64,000 bases of DNA from Alphaproteobacteria bacterium (GCA_016869595.1 VGDT01000002.1:18878-82877), one strand, 5' to 3'; positions 38,329 to 50,406 are shown, counted from the first letter of the stretch. Made by a program: numbers and translations. Notes: a model not told the origin generated them from the sequence alone.

Positions 38329-38446
38329 TAGAGCGTGGCTCGCGAAAAAACGGATACCGGTTTTTCGCGTAAAGCGCGCTCTAAGGTTTTTGAATCGATC
38401 ACATTATCTGCGTTTGGGCGATGCCGCCCAGATGCAACGTGATCTG
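38329..38446. repeat. TAGA-type palindromic MITE-like element just upstream of ribH
   Basis: Homologous to the reverse complement of 32372-32487. Confidence 0.8.
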
Positions 38447-38455
38447 GGAGTTCCC

Positions 38456-38938
38456 ATGGCAGGTTTTGCACCCGACGACGATGATGCTGCGCCTGTGCCA
38501 GGCGCGCATATTCTTGTCGTCGCGACGAAGTTCAACGGCGAAATCGTCGCCATGTTGCGTGAAGGCGCGCTTGACGCGTTGCGCGCGCTTCAGGCGCAGG
38601 CGACGGTGATCGACGTTCCCGGCGCGCTGGAGCTCGCCACGGCGGCTGCGATCGCGCTCGACAAGGCGGAGGCCACCGGCGCGCCTTATGACGGCGTCGT
38701 TGCGCTCGGCTGCGTCATCCGCGGCGAGACCTATCATTTCGAACTCGTCGCCAATGAAAGCGCGCGCGCGCTGACGGATCTTTCCCTCTCGCGTCGCCTG
38801 CCGCTCGGCAATGGCGTGCTCACTGTGGAGAATGAGGCTCAGGCGATCGTGCGCGCCGATCCGAAACAGGGAGACAAGGGAGCCGACGCCGCCCGCGCGG
38901 CGCTCGCTCTGGTGCGCCTCAAACGAGGCGTCGCATGA
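38456..38938 (+). CDS. ribH: 6,7-dimethyl-8-ribityllumazine synthase
   Basis: VPGALE, DGVVALGCVIRGETYHFELV and LGNGVLT. Start placed at MAGFAP, after the repeat. Confidence 0.95.
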   Translation: MAGFAPDDDDAAPVPGAHILVVATKFNGEIVAMLREGALDALRALQAQATVIDVPGALELATAAAIALDKAEATGAPYDGVVALGCVIRGETYHFELVANESARALTDLSLSRRLPLGNGVLTVENEAQAIVRADPKQGDKGADAARAALALVRLKRGVA

Positions 38939-39387
38939 GCGTGGATCAACGCTCGGCCGCGCGTTTGGCGATTGTGCAAGCGCTCTATCAGATGGAGGTC
39001 GCCGGCAAAGGCCTCAACGAGATTTTCGCCGAGTTTGAGTCTCATTGGATCGGGCGCGAGATCGAGGGCGCGCAATATAAGCCGGCGGACGCCGCCTTCT
39101 TTCGCGACGTGCTGCAGGGCGTGCTGACCGATCAGGTCGCGATCGACCGGCAGATCGACCGCGCGCTTTCCGGCGGCTGGCCGCTGTCGCGGCTGGAAGC
39201 CGTCATGCGCGCGTCCTTGCGCGCGGGCGCCTATGAGCTGCGTTCGCGCAAGGACGTTCCGGCGCGCGTCGCGATCAAGGAATATGTCGATGTCGCCGGC
39301 GCCTTTTTTGGGCCGACCGAGTCGGGGATGGTGAATGCGGTGCTCGACAGGATCGCGCATGAGGAGCGCGCCGAGGAGCTGAGTTAG
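38935..39387 (+). CDS. nusB: Transcription antitermination factor NusB
   Basis: RSAARLAIVQALYQME, LRAGAYEL, VAIKEYVD and MVNAVLD. Confidence 0.96.
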   Translation: MSVDQRSAARLAIVQALYQMEVAGKGLNEIFAEFESHWIGREIEGAQYKPADAAFFRDVLQGVLTDQVAIDRQIDRALSGGWPLSRLEAVMRASLRAGAYELRSRKDVPARVAIKEYVDVAGAFFGPTESGMVNAVLDRIAHEERAEELS

Positions 39388-39400
39388 AATTTCGGGCGTT

Positions 39401-39424
39401 CCTTCTCCCGCAAGCGGGAGAGGG
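39401..39424. repeat. Single CCCTCTCCC-type REP hairpin
   Basis: ccttctcccgcaagcgggagaggg. Confidence 0.75.
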
Positions 39425-39440
39425 AAGTCAAAGGCTTCAC

Positions 39441-40388
39441 ATGCCGCAGCGTTATAGCGAAGACGAAATCATCGCCCGCGTTTTCGCGCCGATTGCGGGG
39501 GCGGCCGCACTCGGTCTCAAGGACGACGCGGCTCTTCTCGTACCCGAGCACACGCCGCTCGTCGTCACGACCGATATGGTCGTCGCGGGCGTGCATTTTT
39601 TCGCCGATGACGAACCGGCGCTGATCGCCAAAAAGGCGTTGCGCGTCAACCTCTCCGATCTTGCAGCCAAAGGCGCTGAACCGATCGGCTTTTTGCTGGC
39701 GCTGGCGCTCCCGGGCGACTGGACCAACGATTGGCTCGAAGCTTTCGCCGCGGGGCTCGCCGAGGATGCGCGCACTTATGGCGCGCCGCTCATCGGGGGC
39801 GACACGGGGGCCACTCCCGGTCCGTTGACCATTTCGATCACGGCGCTCGGGCGCGCGCCACGCTTCGTGCCGCGCACCGGCGCAAGGCCAGGGGACGCAA
39901 TCTTTGTCTCAGGGCCTATCGGCGATGCGGCGCTGGGCTTGGCGTTGCGTCGCGACCCCGCGCTTGTCGAGCGTCTTTCCGCCGACGCGCGCGACTATCT
40001 GATCGGGCGCTATCTGCTGCCACAGCCGCGTCTCGATCTCTCGGCTTGGCTTACCGCCAATGCCAGCGCCGCCATGGATATTTCCGACGGGCTCGCGGGC
40101 GATCTCGCCAAGCTTTGCCGCGCATCGGGCGTGAGCGCGATCGTTGATCTTCCATCTGTTCCACTGTCCGACGCTGCACAAGAGGCGATAGCGGTCGATC
40201 CGGCGCTGTTCAAAATGGCGTTAACCGGGGGGGACGATTATGAAATTCTCATCGCGGGACGCGAAGCGGCGCCTCCCGCGCCCGCCTGTCGCATAGGCGA
40301 AATTGTGGCGGGAAACGCGTCCCCGGTCTTCCTCGACGCTGGGAAGACGCCTGTCCTTTTCAAAAAATTGTCCTTCCAGCACTTCTAA
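39441..40388 (+). CDS. thiL: Thiamine-monophosphate kinase
   Basis: DDAA, TTDMVVAGVHF, NLSDLAAKGA, LIGGDT, AMDISDGL and GGDDYE. Confidence 0.95.
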   Translation: MPQRYSEDEIIARVFAPIAGAAALGLKDDAALLVPEHTPLVVTTDMVVAGVHFFADDEPALIAKKALRVNLSDLAAKGAEPIGFLLALALPGDWTNDWLEAFAAGLAEDARTYGAPLIGGDTGATPGPLTISITALGRAPRFVPRTGARPGDAIFVSGPIGDAALGLALRRDPALVERLSADARDYLIGRYLLPQPRLDLSAWLTANASAAMDISDGLAGDLAKLCRASGVSAIVDLPSVPLSDAAQEAIAVDPALFKMALTGGDDYEILIAGREAAPPAPACRIGEIVAGNASPVFLDAGKTPVLFKKLSFQHF

Positions 40389-40574
40389 AGGATAGGGACG
40401 CGCGCAGCATTGCCGCGCGGCTACGTTTCTGGCAGAAAGCCCGCCGGAAAGCCGCTGCCCCCGCCCGATTCGCTCGGCGGGGCCGCTACTCCTTTTTCCG
40501 TTGCGCGACATCCGCTCGCGGCGACGCGACCAATTCGACCATCCGCGGTCAAGGAACGAAAAGGCGAAGCCAAA

Positions 40575-42755
<2,181 letters not shown>

Positions 42756-42773
42756 CCAAGGCGCGACGCGCGA

Positions 42774-42801
42774 AAAAGGGCGGGGGAGACCCCGCCCTTT
42801 T
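42774..42801 (+). terminator. Intrinsic (possibly bidirectional) terminator after hppA
   Basis: aaaagggcgggg-gaga-ccccgccctttt perfect stem-loop. Confidence 0.85.
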
Positions 42802-42852
42802 GCTTTATTGAGCAATCTGCGAAATTTTGCGAGATCGCTGTATGATCGCGTC

Positions 42853-44886
42853 ATGACCCATCCTTTCTATTGTTTGCACACCCATGGCTTTGTCCGAGTC
42901 GCCGTCGCGACGCCGCGCGTAAGAGTCGCCGACCCGGCTTTCAACGTTGCGCGAACGATCGAATCGGCTCGTGACGCCGACAAGCACGGCGCCTCGCTCG
43001 TGCTGTTTCCTGAGTTGGGAATATCCTCATATGCGATTGACGATCTCCTTCATCAGGAGGCGCTGCTCGATGCCGTCGAGGCGGCGCTCATCGAACTCGT
43101 CGAGGCTTCTCACGGCATTCATCCGCTGATCGTCGTCGGCGCGCCGCTGCGTCATCGCGGCCGTCTTTATAATTGCGCAATCGCGATCCTACGCGGCCGC
43201 GTGCTGGCCGTGACGCCGAAGGTGTATCTGCCGAACTATCGCGAGTTTTACGAACACCGCCACTTCGCGTCTGGCGCTTTCCTCTCCGGCGAGGACATCG
43301 AGGTCGCCGGGCAACACGCGCCTTTCGGCTCCGATATACTTCTCGAAGCGACGGATTTCCGCGGCCTCGTCGTTCATATGGAGATTTGCGAGGACGTGTG
43401 GGTTCCGATCCCGCCCTCGACGCGCGCTGCCCTTGCGGGAGCGACCGTGCTGCTGAACCTCTCTGCGTCTAACGCCATCATCGGCAAATCGGACTATCGC
43501 GAAATGCTCTGCGCCGCGCATTCGGCGCGCTGCCTTTCGGCCTATCTCTATTCAGCTGCGGGGCAGGGCGAGTCGACGACGGATCTCGCTTGGGATGGCG
43601 AAGCGCTGATCTGCGAGAAGGGCGACGTTCTCGCCAAGGCGCCGCGATTTTCCGATGAACCGCAATTGACGCTCGCCGACGTAGATATCGGCCGGCTTCT
43701 TGCCGAACGGATGCGGCAGGGGACATTCGGGGCCTGCGCCGATGCGGAGCAGGGCGCCACGCACTATCGCCGCGTCGCTTTCGAACTCGCTGCGACGTGC
43801 GACCGCGATCTTGGTTTTCTGCGCGAGGTGGCGCGTTTTCCGTTTGTCCCGGCTGACGAAACGCGACTCGCCGAGCTCTGCTTCGAGGCGTTCAACATAC
43901 AGTCGCATGGTCTCGAACAACGACTGCGCGCCACGCAGATAAAAAAGGCGGTGATCGGCGTCTCTGGCGGACTCGATTCAACCCAGGCGCTGTTGGTGGC
44001 TGTGACGGCGATGGATGCGCTCGGCCTTCCGCGCGAAAATGTGCTTGGCTTCACTCTGCCGGCGTTCGCCACGAGCGAACACACCAAAGCGAACGCCTGG
44101 CGGCTGATGCGCGCTCTCGGCGTCACTGCGCAAGAAATCGATGTCACCGCCGCATGCAAACAGATGCTCGTCGACATCGACCATCCCGCTGCGCGGGGCG
44201 AAGCGGTATATGACGCAACTTACGAGAATGTGCAGGCGGGGGCGCGCACGTCGCTGCTGTTTCGTCTCGCCAACCGTCACGGCGCGCTAGTCGTCGGCAC
44301 CGGCGATCTCTCTGAACTCGCGCTTGGCTGGTGCACTTATGGCGTCGGCGATCAGATGTCGCACTATAACGTCAACGCCTCGGTCCCCAAGACGCTCATC
44401 CAGCACCTCATCCGCTGGTGCGCCCGCGATGCCCGGTTTGGACCGGAGACGGTGACGGTGCTTGAGGACATTCTCGCGACTGAAATCTCCCCGGAGCTCG
44501 TGCCCGGCGAAACGAGCCAGCGGACTGAGGAGACGGTCGGGCCTTACGCGCTGCAGGATTTCAATCTCTACTATGCGACCCGATACGGATTTGCGCCTGC
44601 GAAGATCGCCTTCCTTGCTTGGCGCGCGTGGCGTCATGCGGCTGCCGGATCATGGCCAGTAGGCATCGCCGAAAAAGACAAGGTCGCCTATGAGCTCTCA
44701 ACGATCAAACATTGGCTCGGCGTTTTCGTGAAACGCTTTTTCGAGGGAAGCCAGTTCAAGCGGTCTGCGCTGCCCAATGGACCTAAGGTCAGTTCAGGAG
44801 GCTCGCTCTCGCCACGCGGAGATTGGCGTGCGCCGTCGGACTCGGTAGCCGACGCATGGGTGAAATCGCTCGACGACATTCCGTGA
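42853..44886 (+). CDS. nadE: Glutamine-dependent NAD+ synthetase
   Basis: Nitrilase domain ([24 protein letters not shown]) plus synthetase domain ([27 protein letters not shown]). Confidence 0.96.
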   Translation: MTHPFYCLHTHGFVRVAVATPRVRVADPAFNVARTIESARDADKHGASLVLFPELGISSYAIDDLLHQEALLDAVEAALIELVEASHGIHPLIVVGAPLRHRGRLYNCAIAILRGRVLAVTPKVYLPNYREFYEHRHFASGAFLSGEDIEVAGQHAPFGSDILLEATDFRGLVVHMEICEDVWVPIPPSTRAALAGATVLLNLSASNAIIGKSDYREMLCAAHSARCLSAYLYSAAGQGESTTDLAWDGEALICEKGDVLAKAPRFSDEPQLTLADVDIGRLLAERMRQGTFGACADAEQGATHYRRVAFELAATCDRDLGFLREVARFPFVPADETRLAELCFEAFNIQSHGLEQRLRATQIKKAVIGVSGGLDSTQALLVAVTAMDALGLPRENVLGFTLPAFATSEHTKANAWRLMRALGVTAQEIDVTAACKQMLVDIDHPAARGEAVYDATYENVQAGARTSLLFRLANRHGALVVGTGDLSELALGWCTYGVGDQMSHYNVNASVPKTLIQHLIRWCARDARFGPETVTVLEDILATEISPELVPGETSQRTEETVGPYALQDFNLYYATRYGFAPAKIAFLAWRAWRHAAAGSWPVGIAEKDKVAYELSTIKHWLGVFVKRFFEGSQFKRSALPNGPKVSSGGSLSPRGDWRAPSDSVADAWVKSLDDIP

Positions 44887-44956
44887 ACAAGCACAGGAGA
44901 GCCGGCCGCTCCAAAAAAGGCGCCCGGCTCATCAACCTATGCGACATACGGGAACG

Positions 44957-45130
44957 TCAGGCGCGCCGGAAAAGGCCGAGAACGACCGAAACCACCAGCA
45001 GAACCAGCGCGAGCCAGAACAATATCCGCGCTCCGTCCACCGCCACGCCCGCGACGCCTCCAAAGCCCAAAAATCCGGCGATGAGAGCGACGACCAGAAA
45101 CACGACGGCCCAATACAGAAGGTTGCCCAT
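44957..45130 (-). CDS. DUF1328 (YtjA/UPF0391) small membrane protein
   Basis: WAVVFLVVALIAGFLGFGGVAG...ARILFW. GGAGG RBS. Confidence 0.92.
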   Translation of the reverse strand: MGNLLYWAVVFLVVALIAGFLGFGGVAGVAVDGARILFWLALVLLVVSVVLGLFRRA

Positions 45131-45161
45131 TTTGACCTCCGCTTTCGAACTCACGTTCTAG

Positions 45162-45186
45162 AACGCGTCTGCTGCGAACATGTTCC
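45162..45186 (-). promoter_or_regulatory. Putative EcfG/sigmaT general-stress promoter
   Basis: Minus strand GGAAC-N16-CGTT, about 30 bp upstream of the DUF1328 start. Confidence 0.72.
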
Positions 45187-45296
45187 GAAGCCGAAAAAAG
45201 GCGGGTGCTCCACGGTGCGCATTGCTTCGGTCTCGACGCTGTCACAATCCGCGTTAAAATAGTCGAAAGCATCCACGTCACTTGCCCTTAGACGCT

Positions 45297-45962
45297 ATGT
45301 GCTATTCGCTCGAGGCAAGCGTTACCGCTGGGCTCGGCCTGGGATTGGCGGGCTACGGCATGGTTTCAAAAGCGCTGCGTCATGACCGGCGCATGTTGCT
45401 ATTCGCCGCGTTTCCGCTGGTGTTCTCGGCGCACCAGTTCATCGAAGCTGTGGTATGGCTCACACGGAACGATGCCGTCGCCGGCCAACCGTTTCGCTAT
45501 CTCTATACGCTGATCGCCTTCACGATGTGGCCCGTGCTGACGCCTTTCGCCGCCGCCTATGCGGAATCCAATTTGGAACGAAAGCGTCTTTGGCTGACCA
45601 TGGGCGGCGTAGGCTTCATCCTGGCCGCTTATCTTATCGCCAAACTCGCCGGCGCCGACGGCATCGACCTGTCGGTGTATCGGCATTCTCTCGCCTATGA
45701 TCCGTTATTTGAGCGGCCGCCGCTCTTGGCGGATTTCCTCTATCTCGTACTCACGGTGACGCCGCTGATCTTCAGCGAGCGGAGGGCGATCAATGTTTTT
45801 GGCGTAGCGGTTTTGGCCACCTTCTTTGTCGCGCTCGCCGCCAATCGACCGGCTTGGTATTCCGTCTGGTGTCTCGCCGCCGCGGTGTTCAGCCTGGTGA
45901 TCGCGTTTGCGATCGAAGTGGAGCGCAGCTCCGATTTCAAGGAGGTGGAAGTGCAGCGCTAG
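45297..45962 (+). CDS. DUF6629-like multi-pass membrane protein
   Basis: MCYSLEAS, FPLVFSAHQFIEAVVW and YSVWCLAAA. About 7 TM segments. Confidence 0.75.
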   Translation: MCYSLEASVTAGLGLGLAGYGMVSKALRHDRRMLLFAAFPLVFSAHQFIEAVVWLTRNDAVAGQPFRYLYTLIAFTMWPVLTPFAAAYAESNLERKRLWLTMGGVGFILAAYLIAKLAGADGIDLSVYRHSLAYDPLFERPPLLADFLYLVLTVTPLIFSERRAINVFGVAVLATFFVALAANRPAWYSVWCLAAAVFSLVIAFAIEVERSSDFKEVEVQR

Positions 45963-46825
45963 CTACTCTGCGCCGCATTCGTCGCCCATTCGATATAAAG
46001 CGTTCGAAGCAGCCCACTCTTCTCGCCCGGCTTGCCTGACCCGATGGCGCGCCCGTCTATCGAGATCACCGGCAGTACGAGATTGGAGGCGCTGGTGATA
46101 AAGGCCTCCTTCGCGTCATAGGCCTCGTCGACCGAGAAGCTGCGCTCTTCAACCATTAAACCTTCGCGCGCCGCGAGCGCTTGCACGGCTTTACCCGTGC
46201 AGCCGGGAAGAATCGCTGCGGAGTTCGGACGAGTCACGAGAACGTCGGCTTTGGTGAGGATGAAGGCGGTTGAAGACGAACCTTCGGTCACGAAGCCGTC
46301 ACGATCGACCATCCACGCTTCCTGGCAACCGGCCTCGAGCGCTGTCTGCTTCGCCAGCACCTGCGCGAGAAGCGCGACGCTTTTGATGTCTCGCCGAGCC
46401 CAGCGCAAGTCAGGAACAGTGATTACGTTGACTCCAGTGTCAGCGGCGATAGAGGCGATGATGTTCTTTCTTTGGGTGAAGGCGACGAACGTCGGCGCCG
46501 TGTCTTGGGGGAAGCCGAAGTCGCGATCGTTGGTGGCGCCCCTGGTGATTTGCAGATAGACCAGTCCTTCGCTCAGGCTGTTTCTCGTAACGAGTTCAGC
46601 CTCGACTTCCACAATGTGCGCCATCGAAGGGGAATTCTCGATGCGCAGTTCGCGCAGAGATCGTTCAAGTCGGGAAAGATGCGCTTCATTGTCGATCAGC
46701 CTGCCGCCGATGACGGCGGCGACCTCATAGACCCCGTCGCCGAAAAGAAAGCCGCGATCGAAAATCGACACGCACGCTTCGGCTATCGGGATGTAAGCTC
46801 CATTTACGTATGCGATGTCAGGCAC
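45959..46825 (-). CDS. dat: D-amino-acid transaminase (class IV PLP aminotransferase)
   Basis: DRGFLFGDGVYEV, YLQITRG, DLRWARRDIKSVALL, VTEGSSS and ILPGCT. GTG start. Confidence 0.9.
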   Translation of the reverse strand: MPDIAYVNGAYIPIAEACVSIFDRGFLFGDGVYEVAAVIGGRLIDNEAHLSRLERSLRELRIENSPSMAHIVEVEAELVTRNSLSEGLVYLQITRGATNDRDFGFPQDTAPTFVAFTQRKNIIASIAADTGVNVITVPDLRWARRDIKSVALLAQVLAKQTALEAGCQEAWMVDRDGFVTEGSSSTAFILTKADVLVTRPNSAAILPGCTGKAVQALAAREGLMVEERSFSVDEAYDAKEAFITSASNLVLPVISIDGRAIGSGKPGEKSGLLRTLYIEWATNAAQSS

Positions 46826-47007
46826 GGCCGGCTCCGAGGAAAGGCGCTCAACTTACAGCAGCGCTTGCGGCTTGTCGCGCCGACGCTCTCGGCTCTATCG
46901 ATAAGGCGGGGGCTGCCTACATTAGAGTGATCTGCGGCGGATCGGCCCCGAGAGGGCTCCCTTCGCGACCCCGGTCGCGGCCGCTATTGCGCTCGAAGGG
47001 GGGATTC

Positions 47008-48408
47008 TTGGGCGAAGAAATCACAGCGACGGGCTTCACCCCGGCCGACAAGGCGCGCTTCGTCGGGCGCCTTGCAGAGGAGACCGATCTCGCCCGGACG
47101 CTCTATGAGCAGGACAAATTTTCGCGCGACGGCCACATGGTCGGTTTCGAAGTCGAGACCTGGATCGTCGATCACAACTACGCGCCGTCCTCGATCAACC
47201 AGGATGTGCTCGAAACGCTCAATCACCCGCTCGTCGTGCCGGAGCTGTCACGATTTAACCTCGAGTTGAATTGCGCGCCTTTCCGCCTTGAAGGCGACGC
47301 GCTGACGCAAGCGCATGAGTCGCTGACGAGCCTCTGGGCGATGTGCAACGACGTCGCCCACCGGCTCGACGCCAATCTGGTGATGATCGGCACGCTGCCG
47401 ACGATCCGCGACTCGGATCTCACTCTCGCCAATATGTCGCCGCTCAACCGCTACTATGCGCTGAACCAGGAAGTGCTGCGACTGCGCGGCGGTCAGCCGC
47501 TGCATGTCAACATCGCCGGGCGCGACCGCCTGGCCTCCGTGCACAAGGACGTGATGCTCGAAGCGGCGACGACGTCGTTTCAGATCCATCTCAAAGCGCC
47601 GGCCGATCTGGCGCATCTCTATTACAACGCCTCCGTGGCGGCCTCGGGACCGATCCTCGCAGCCTGCGGCAACGCGCCCTTCTTATTCGGTAAAGCATTG
47701 TGGGAGGAGACGCGCATTCCGCTGTTTGAACAGGCGGTGAAAGTGCCAGGCCCATCCCGGGTTTGCATGGGCTCTGGCTATGCGGCCCGGTCTCTTATCG
47801 AAATCTTCGAGGAGAACTTGCGCGACTATGACGTGCTTCTTCCGATGGCCTATGACGATCCGCCGGAGGCGATGCGGCACCTGCGCCTGCACAACGGCGT
47901 GATCTGGCGCTGGAACCGCCCGCTGATCGGCTTCGATGAGAGTGGCGCCCCGCATTTGCGCATCGAGCACCGCATTCTGCCGTCGGGGCCGACCTTCATC
48001 GACATGATGGCGAACGCCGCGCTTTATCTCGGCCTCGCGCGCGCCCTCGCCATGGCTGGAGATGGCGGCGCAGGCGGCCTCTCTTTCGACGACGCCAAGC
48101 GTAACTTCTATGCCGCGGCGCGTTTTGGCCTCGACGCGAAGCTCGAATGGCCGGGAGAGGGAGAGATTGCTGCCGATCGCCTGTTGCTCGAGCGCCTCAT
48201 TCCCGACGCCCGGAAAGGGCTTCGAGATCTCGGCGTCGCCGAGGCGGATTTCCTCGATATCGTTGAGGCGCGGGTGCAAACGCGCCAGACGGGGGCGGCT
48301 TGGCAGCGAAAAGCCCTTGAGGCGCGTGGCGGCGACCTTTATGGCCTGATGGCGGCTTATTGCGAGCGCCAGCGGAGCGGCGCGCCCGTCCATCAATGGG
48401 AAACGTGA
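47008..48408 (+). CDS. Glutamate-cysteine ligase family 2 (GCS2)-like carboxylate-amine ligase
   Basis: MGEEI start (TTG), VGFEVETW, VPELSRFNLELN, TTSFQIHL, ETRIPLFEQ, HNGVIWRWNRP and LRIEHRILPSGPT. Confidence 0.82.
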   Translation: MGEEITATGFTPADKARFVGRLAEETDLARTLYEQDKFSRDGHMVGFEVETWIVDHNYAPSSINQDVLETLNHPLVVPELSRFNLELNCAPFRLEGDALTQAHESLTSLWAMCNDVAHRLDANLVMIGTLPTIRDSDLTLANMSPLNRYYALNQEVLRLRGGQPLHVNIAGRDRLASVHKDVMLEAATTSFQIHLKAPADLAHLYYNASVAASGPILAACGNAPFLFGKALWEETRIPLFEQAVKVPGPSRVCMGSGYAARSLIEIFEENLRDYDVLLPMAYDDPPEAMRHLRLHNGVIWRWNRPLIGFDESGAPHLRIEHRILPSGPTFIDMMANAALYLGLARALAMAGDGGAGGLSFDDAKRNFYAAARFGLDAKLEWPGEGEIAADRLLLERLIPDARKGLRDLGVAEADFLDIVEARVQTRQTGAAWQRKALEARGGDLYGLMAAYCERQRSGAPVHQWET

Positions 48409-48416
48409 GGAGAACA

Positions 48417-49448
48417 GTGACCGACGCGCCTTGCGCCTTGCTCGACCGGCTTCCTGATGGATTTCTCGACTGCCCCGCCAATCGCTTGAAGGACATCCTG
48501 CCCCGACCGACCCTGTTCGACCTTCCGGGCCGTGATCCCAAACCGCTGTTCGTTTCCACGCTGCTGCACGGAAATGAAACGAGCGGTCTCGCCGCCGTGC
48601 AGGAAGTCTTGCGCCGGCGCCTCGCGCGCGGGCTTAATCGGTCGCTCATTCTGTTCATCGGCAATGTCGAAGCCGCAGCGCAGAATGTGCGCACGCTGCC
48701 GGGCCAGCGCGACTTCAATCGGGTATGGACCGGCACGGCTTTTCCCGACGATCCGCTCGCCCATATGGCGCGCTGGATTTACGATTACGTGAAGAAACGC
48801 GACGCCTTCGCCGCCGTCGACATCCACAACAACACCGGCTTCAATCCGCATTACAGTTGCATCAGCAAGCTCGAGCCGAAATATGTCGCGCTCGCGCAGC
48901 TGTTCTCGCGCCTCATCGTGCTTTTTCAGCGCCCGCGCGGCACCTGCGCAGCGGCCTTCGCGGAGCTTTGTCCGGCGATCACCGTTGAATGCGGCAAGTC
49001 AGAACTCGATGCGGGCGCCGCCCATGTCATCGAATTGCTCGAAGCCTGTTTCTCCATCACGCAGCTTCCCGACCACCCGCCGGCCTCGCATGATGTGGAT
49101 TTGTTGCGCACTTGCGCCATCGTGAAGCCGCCCGCGGGCGCAAGCTTCTCCTTCGACGGGACGCCCGCCGATTTTGTCTTCCGTCCGGACATCGACCATC
49201 TCAACTTCAGCGAATTGGACGCCGGCGCCTCTTTCGGCGCGCTCGGAGACGAAGAGGCGCGTCTCGAAGTTCTGCCGGGCGACGGATTCGATACGCAGCC
49301 AGCCAATTACTTCGATTATGCCGGCGGCGAGATCAGACTCGCGCGTCCGGCGATCCCGGCGATGCTGACGGTCGACCGCCGCGCGGTTCAGCAGGACTGC
49401 CTCTGCTATTTGATGCACCGCATCGGTTTGGAAGGCATCGCTGAATAA
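48417..49448 (+). CDS. M14-type metallopeptidase (succinylglutamate desuccinylase/aspartoacylase family)
   Basis: STLLHGNETSG, GNV, RDFNRVW, VDIHNN and TVECG. Confidence 0.85.
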   Translation: MTDAPCALLDRLPDGFLDCPANRLKDILPRPTLFDLPGRDPKPLFVSTLLHGNETSGLAAVQEVLRRRLARGLNRSLILFIGNVEAAAQNVRTLPGQRDFNRVWTGTAFPDDPLAHMARWIYDYVKKRDAFAAVDIHNNTGFNPHYSCISKLEPKYVALAQLFSRLIVLFQRPRGTCAAAFAELCPAITVECGKSELDAGAAHVIELLEACFSITQLPDHPPASHDVDLLRTCAIVKPPAGASFSFDGTPADFVFRPDIDHLNFSELDAGASFGALGDEEARLEVLPGDGFDTQPANYFDYAGGEIRLARPAIPAMLTVDRRAVQQDCLCYLMHRIGLEGIAE

Positions 49449-49466
49449 CGCTCATATAAAGGTGAG

Positions 49467-49832
49467 CTACGGTTTCTCCGGCTGAACATCCTCGATGACA
49501 TAGAGGCCCTTTGCATCGCGGCTTATCGTAAATTTGATCTTCATGCCCTTCGACAGCGTGGAGAGATCGACGTTTGGCGCGACCCGAAACGCCATCGTCA
49601 TCGGCGACATTTCTAAGGGTCCAGAGACTGGCCCATGCGTGATCATGAGCTTTCGTTCCTCGGAGTCCACGGCTCTGATGACGCCCTCGCCGTGACCCGT
49701 CGTTTTTTCAACCTGGGCCACGGCGAAGCGCGACGAGTTGTTGACTGTCGCGCCCGCTGAGGCGCCGCCAATCCCAGCGGAAATGGCGGCGCAAGCCGCG
49801 ATGCTCCATATTAAAGAACGCCTTGTCTTCAT
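49467..49832 (-). CDS. cusF: CusF-like periplasmic copper-binding protein
   Basis: Signal peptide, then GEGVIRAVD...MITHGPV...MSPMTMAFRV...GMKIKF (His/Met/Met ligand set). Confidence 0.88.
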   Translation of the reverse strand: MKTRRSLIWSIAACAAISAGIGGASAGATVNNSSRFAVAQVEKTTGHGEGVIRAVDSEERKLMITHGPVSGPLEMSPMTMAFRVAPNVDLSTLSKGMKIKFTISRDAKGLYVIEDVQPEKP

Positions 49833-49862
49833 CGAAGCTCCGGCCCTTCTTTCGTCCCGTCC

Positions 49863-50294
49863 CTAAACTTTACGGCACTCGTCGGCGCATTTCTGGCACG
49901 CTTTGCCGCAGGCCACGCACTCGGCGATCTTGGGGAACTTGTCGCATTGTTTCTTGCAGTCCTCGCAAATCAAGGCGACTGTTTTTGCGAATGCGCCAAC
50001 ATGAGAAGAGTTGACCGCGGCGAGCGATGCGAGCGCGTTGCATGCGGCGACAAGCTGAAAAGAGGCGTCCGCACATTCAGCCATGCTCGTGTCTTTCATC
50101 GCGAACATGCCCAAACAGTGACGGATGCAATCGTTGCCGGTGGCCACGCAGTCGATGGTCGCATTTTCCAGGTTTTTGTACAGCGCCGGATGCATATCCT
50201 CCATTTTGGCCGCGCCGCTCGTCTGAGCGAACGCCTGAGTGGCGGAGGCGACGGCGGCGGCGGTTCCGACGGCGATGAATTCGCGACGTTGCAT
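49863..50294 (-). CDS. csp1: Csp1-type four-helix-bundle copper storage protein, Tat-exported
   Basis: MQRREFI twin-arginine leader, 13 Cys in Cx2-3C arrays and RHCLGMFAMKDTSM. Closely resembles Methylosinus trichosporium Csp1. Confidence 0.92.
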   Translation of the reverse strand: MQRREFIAVGTAAAVASATQAFAQTSGAAKMEDMHPALYKNLENATIDCVATGNDCIRHCLGMFAMKDTSMAECADASFQLVAACNALASLAAVNSSHVGAFAKTVALICEDCKKQCDKFPKIAECVACGKACQKCADECRKV

Positions 50295-50406
50295 GGTTCT
50301 TCCTCCTAGTGGGAGCATCGATAGCTAGATACTGAAGGGACCGTTAGGCTCCGTCAGTTTGGGCTGCGCTCATGTCATCTTCGAGATTCGCGAGCGCGAC
50401 ATTTTA

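Noticed and set aside
38390-38455. N-terminal extension of RibH (MNRSHYLRLGDAAQMQRDLGVP)
   Set aside because: It is translated from the palindromic repeat. The RBS-like GGGAG and family alignment favour ATG 38456.
26538-39424. Recurrent palindromes considered as a CRISPR array
   Set aside because: They are dispersed, have no regular repeat-spacer period, and no cas genes are present. They are REP/MITE-type repeats.
40410-40574. Upstream extensions of hppA (40410), the GCS2 ligase (46810), rubrerythrin (26032) and DUF2076 (63685) given in the ORF track
   Set aside because: The extensions are non-homologous and low-complexity, and downstream starts have RBSs and family-typical N-termini.
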